The translations under genes were made by a program, and so were the position numbers. From assembly GCA_030141605.1 (NCBI GenBank), contig JAQGDQ010000880.1:1-64000 (forward strand): a stretch of DNA of 64,000 bases, in the 5' to 3' direction. The notes below the pieces were generated by a model that saw nothing but the letters and a program-made list of their open reading frames with translations, did not search any database and was not told the origin of the DNA. Source of the DNA: Tubiluchus corallicola. Taxonomy: Eukaryota > Animalia > Priapulida. Positions 59,235-64,000 of the stretch are shown in pieces (the first letter of the stretch is position 1; each line of letters starts with the position of its first letter).

Positions 59235-60529
59235 CACTATTGCTAGATATGTAACGTAAGACATGCTTATTTATCAATACTTCTTATGTTGCTACCTAAA
59301 TTGGGTATCACTCACATTCATATTGTCTGTGATAATTAATTTTTACTAATTACTTTTTCAGCAATATAATATAAGATTTTATATAAGTATCTGAACGTAG
59401 ATGAAAAGAATTTTAGTTCACCTCCTAAAACTTCCAATTTCTTTGCCAAAATGCATTACCAATATTATGCCAGTTGCATTTTTTACACTATATAAACAAT
59501 TTACAGTTCAAAGTTAACTTCAAAATACTTTGTTCCATTTCAAGATCAAATTTTGTGCCAAAACAATCTGGACAGCATAATAATGTTGTCTAACATGCAT
59601 AGTTCAACCTCTCGTGTGGTGTGTACACCTTGTACATAGTTATCTAAGAGTGCTGCATACGCATCAGAAAGTGCCAAGCACAAAATCAAAGACTTTAATA
59701 GGAAGCTGTAATTGTGTCATTTTATTCATAGAACTGAATAAACTTGTTAGTATTGTTCAAGCAAACTGTCTGTTTAATGTTCAATTTTTTGGAGTCTACA
59801 CTTGTGTTTGTCAATTTTGTAGCCTCATAACATGTACTGCCATCCATATACAAGAAAACTTTTATATAGACTAGTACTCTTTACTTTTATTATGGACTAC
59901 TGACTAGAAGGCAAAAAAGCAAATACATGTATTAGCACTTGACACTGTTTAATCTTGACACTGATGCATCTCTCGACAGTACACACATTTTTGAATACAT
60001 ATATATATATATAAAAGCCAAGATGACTGCTTATTACAAATCTGATAACTCGCAATTGTATCCTACAGCTATTTCCATCTGCAAGTATTATATTTTATGT
60101 ACATGTTAAGATGAGATGAAGATACTACTACTTGAACATGAGCAATTCGTACATGTACAGACACTAATTTCACGTAATTGAAAGTTTATAAAAAAATACA
60201 GAATAAAATCAGAAACATGTGTATCTCAGTCAAACAAAGAATTGCATTGCTAGTCATCTGCCTATTGCCAGTCTACTTTGGATGCACTAGGCTGTAAAGC
60301 AAAAGAAAGATCCAGATGAAATTTTGTTAACAAAGTGGAATTAGCAAGTTTGCATTAAAGCATGAGATTTGCTGTAGGCAAAATTAACGCATTTGCATGA
60401 ATTGTCACGTTTTGTTAAATGTAAAGAGCTTTTCTTCACTTCATTTAATATAATGTTTCAGTGCTGTAATAAGGTCATAATAAGCTATAACCCAGACAAA
60501 AATAGTGTAAAGTTGAATTTTTACACAGA

Positions 60530-61340
60530 CACCCAGAAAGTCATCCAGAATAATGTATTAAAAATCCCCAGGAATCCACTTTGGGTAAAAAAGTTGTGGG
60601 GTTTGAATTCAAAATGGCTGCTAACACTGCATACGTGTAACTCAACTAGGTGGCATGTAACATGGCATATATGCATTACCAGCTAACATAAAAGTGCATA
60701 TGGTCTATTAGAAAATTAATGTTTCAAGGTCATTCAAAGTCAAGATCATTCAAAATGGACATTGGCGCAGCTTTAAAATGCACTTGTCATTCTAAATGTT
60801 GATGCTATATTTGGAACATTTTGGCTGTGTGTCACCGTTGTTGATTTCGGAATAGTGTCTTCTCACAACCTGACCATATTATTCTCACAGCTGATAATAC
60901 ATTTGTGTTGCCTACACTGCTTCGTAACCAATTTACTTTTATTTCAAAGCAGCATTTTGACTGACTTTGACCATGATTGACCTAGAAACGCTATTTTTCT
61001 GATAGAACAGCACTTCTGATTCAGCTGGTAATATATTTACATACCCCAAAATTTTTACTACTTGAGTTATTTTGTATGACCTTGATCTGTGACTCTACTA
61101 GAGGTCAAAGTAGGGGTTGAGGAGACAACTCCTTCCAGTGCCAATGAAACTAGCTTATAGCGCAGCAAATGAAAGATCTAGATGAGATGAATAGAGTCAT
61201 ATAAGTCGACAGGAGATTGGTTGACCTTTGACCCATATGTCACTGGTAGAAAATCTACAAGTTGCAATTTCAAGGTGAAGTGGAATCTCTAGATAATCGA
61301 GTAATGCAAATTTAGTAAAATCAATACTATGATGTTCAAA
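60530..61340. mobile_element. Degenerate AGGTCA/TGACCT-rich interspersed repeat
   Basis: Clustered CAAGGTCA, TGACCTTGA, GACCTTTGACC and CAAAATGGCTGC motifs. No termini were identified. Confidence 0.3.
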
Positions 61341-62520
61341 CAAAAGGTTGATGTCATTTCAAGATCTAAGTCTGCAACTATTATTTGCAAAATCTTCAGT
61401 TTCTGACCACATCAGAAACACTGTCAAACACTCAGTTACTGTTTGTTACGTGTATATAATTTATATTGACAGCCGAGTTCCTGGATATTAAGTCTAGTAT
61501 TATATGCTTTCATGTAAGTGTGCTACCTGCATTTTCGTTTGTGGTATGTAGCCGAACTGGTTTTATTCTGACTATATGTGCATTAGTGTGTCAGTTCAGG
61601 CAGCATTCTTGTCCATTGCCGTGTTGCAACGATTAATAGTTTGTAAGTAGTAATGTTTGTAAGTATATGACATTCTCTTATATTATAGCATAACAGCAAC
61701 ATGATGACATGTTAAAATTAATATGTTAATGTTGCAGGCGTTTTAATTGCTTTTGTTATATATTTAATGTGCAATTTGTTCTCAACTAAAATATCTCCAG
61801 TTTTTCGTGTTCATGTAATCAATAATGTTGATTGTTGTAATAGGTTTTCCTGGTAGCTGACAGTCAGGTAATTCTGAGTTATTGTCAAGCAAAAGGGGAA
61901 TGGGTTCTGCTATTTTAAAAATCAGAACAAAACAAACTTGTGGATTGACTGAATGGTATAATCTTTGTTACCAATAACCTAAACATTTTATGCTTCAGAC
62001 TGTTAGACAATTTCCAGAAGCTAAACAGAGGTGATTAATTATGTAATACTAACGACAAAAGTGAGTGAAAATTAAGCAACATTTAAGCTGATAGTGGGAC
62101 ACACATTATGCCTCTTCGTTGCGCAATATTTGGATATGTAGTTATAAAGCAATACAAGTATCATCAGATGGCAGTACTGAGTGACAGGTCTTTCTAATTT
62201 GTGGCTAAGATTTCAGTTCAGCGTCAGTGATGTTATATCGTCAGAACATATGCCTTCGCAACAGCAAGGATAACTCTGAGGTGCATTGATCTTTGATTTT
62301 TTTGCACTCACAGTTCTCATAAATTACACAGGACTTTGAAAATAAATGATGAGTTGCTATAGAATCGGCTTTTTCAGCACTAATCAGTGTTATAGTTACT
62401 TGGTTTGTGTTCTAGTGTGGCTAATCTGTGTAAAACAATGTGCTGTGCTACGTAATCGTATACACTCTGTGACTAATGACTGTTTTAGTGTCGAGCGTCT
62501 GTTAACTCAATACTATCGTC

Positions 62521-63768
62521 ATGTCAAAAGGTCAGCTACTAGGAAATAATTCTGTTAGCAAGATTGTTCAGAAAAGACATACAGGTGGTGATAATGGGAT
62601 AATCAGGTTTACATGCTACCTGCGGACCACATTTGCCGTGATGACCGCACGTGGCTGGGAAGCAGTAAAACAAGAGTCAGGAGAGTGGGATATAAACTGG
62701 TGTACCGTTAAGTGGTTGAGAGAATCATTTGACCGTTCGTACATGAATGAATATACAAGAATATCACATTTTTATAATCATTATGAACTCACAAGAAAAG
62801 ACTTAATGATAAAAAATCTGAAGTGTTTGAGAAAACAAATCGAAAAAGACAGTGCGAAAAGCGAGGCAAGTGCATGCAATTTTTTTCCAATTTCGTACGA
62901 ACTGCCATCTGAATATCACATATTCGTGGAAGAATTCAAAAGAAATCCTGGTTTAACTTGGATTATGAAGCCAGCTAGAAGCGAGCAAGGGAAGGGTATA
63001 TTTTTGTTTAAAAAACTGAAAGATATTACAGACGGGAAGAAGGGTGAGTACCAGACAGAAGGACTGAAAACGTATCTTGTACAACGCTACATAGAAAATC
63101 CTTATCTAATTGATGGAAGAAAGTTTGACATCCGTCTTTTTGTCCTCGTGGTTTCCTATGCTCCACTTACGGTTTGGGTGTACCGGGAAGGTTTTGCAAG
63201 GTTTTCAAACTCTCTGTATTCCATGGAGTCCATTGACGACACGTACGTGCACCTCACGAATGTTGCCGTGCAGAAAACAGCTCCAGATTACGACCCAGAG
63301 AAGGGATGCCAGTGGTCAATGAGGCAGCTGCGGCAGTACTTGACCGCTAGACATGGGATGGATATGGTAGAAGTTTTGATGAATAAAATTAACAACATAA
63401 TTATTCTTAGTCTGCAAAGTGTCCAGAAGATTATGATCAATGACAAGCATTGTTTTGAGCTGTATGGTTATGACATCCTTCTAGACAACAACCTTAAGCC
63501 TTGGCTTATTGAAGTCAATGCTTCTCCATCGCTGAAAGACAGCAACCAAAAGCACCATAATGTAAAGGTTGCACTAATCGATGATGTGATGAACGTTGTG
63601 GACATGGAGCGACGACTGACAGGAAATGAAAAGAGAATCGGAGGTTTTGATTTACTGTGGTGCGATGGTCCAGTGAATGCAAATGAAGGAACTGGATTAG
63701 AATGTTCCATTGTGGATAGTAACAGACTTAATAGCTTCTTTGGATGTCCTTTTGACAGAAAGAAGTAA
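62521..63768 (+). CDS. TTLL9: Tubulin polyglutamylase TTLL9-like, copy 2 (415 aa, intronless CDS)
   Basis: Collinear paralogue of copy 1 with three in-frame deletions (1, 9 and 2 codons) and a stop 18 codons earlier. The core motifs are intact. Confidence 0.88.
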   Translation: MSKGQLLGNNSVSKIVQKRHTGGDNGIIRFTCYLRTTFAVMTARGWEAVKQESGEWDINWCTVKWLRESFDRSYMNEYTRISHFYNHYELTRKDLMIKNLKCLRKQIEKDSAKSEASACNFFPISYELPSEYHIFVEEFKRNPGLTWIMKPARSEQGKGIFLFKKLKDITDGKKGEYQTEGLKTYLVQRYIENPYLIDGRKFDIRLFVLVVSYAPLTVWVYREGFARFSNSLYSMESIDDTYVHLTNVAVQKTAPDYDPEKGCQWSMRQLRQYLTARHGMDMVEVLMNKINNIIILSLQSVQKIMINDKHCFELYGYDILLDNNLKPWLIEVNASPSLKDSNQKHHNVKVALIDDVMNVVDMERRLTGNEKRIGGFDLLWCDGPVNANEGTGLECSIVDSNRLNSFFGCPFDRKK

Positions 63769-64000
63769 CTAGATAGCTTGTATGGTCACTCTACAAACAA
63801 GAATAAAACTAGAGAACCATGATATTATTGCTGTGAAGTAAGACGTGCTTACTTATTAATTGTTCTTGCTGAATTGGAACAAGCACTTACTCGACCATGT
63901 TATAGCATATCTAAGCAAAAGTTATGTACTTACACTGCAACAAAGTCAAGCTTTTATGTTGCTACATAAGTAGGGCATCACTCCCAATCACGCTGTCTGT

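Noticed and set aside
57900-63710. Antisense and shifted-frame ORFs overlapping the TTLL9 genes
   Set aside because: They are shadows of the real coding frames and are not conserved as ORFs between the two copies.

Overview
This is AT-rich eukaryotic genomic DNA with GT-AG introns, very probably from an invertebrate animal; it is not prokaryotic. The gene order I can reconstruct is: TAF13 (+, 4 coding exons), a C6orf118-like ciliary coiled-coil gene (-, 7 coding exons over 25 kb), tRNA-His(GTG) (-), RPL24 (+, 6 coding exons, hosting two paralogous H/ACA snoRNAs), ASF1 (+, 4 coding exons), and two tandem TTLL9 tubulin glutamylase genes with intronless CDS. Introns and spacers hold many non-autonomous DNA transposons (hAT, pogo/Tigger, Harbinger-like), LINE fragments, SINE-like remnants, a 37-bp minisatellite and several very long microsatellites. 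The most notable signals are: a tandem array of RFX X-box-like motifs inside the ciliary gene; three AKAP-like amphipathic helices in that gene's C-terminal extension; TTLL9 duplicates with a gene-conversion-like tract next to a burst of amino-acid change beside the catalytic motif; snoRNA guides whose rRNA targets can be read from the sequence; and a hAT-like element with a 6-bp TSD and an intact zinc-finger mini-ORF upstream of ASF1. All homology calls come from recalled family sequences, not database searches, and coordinates were counted by hand.
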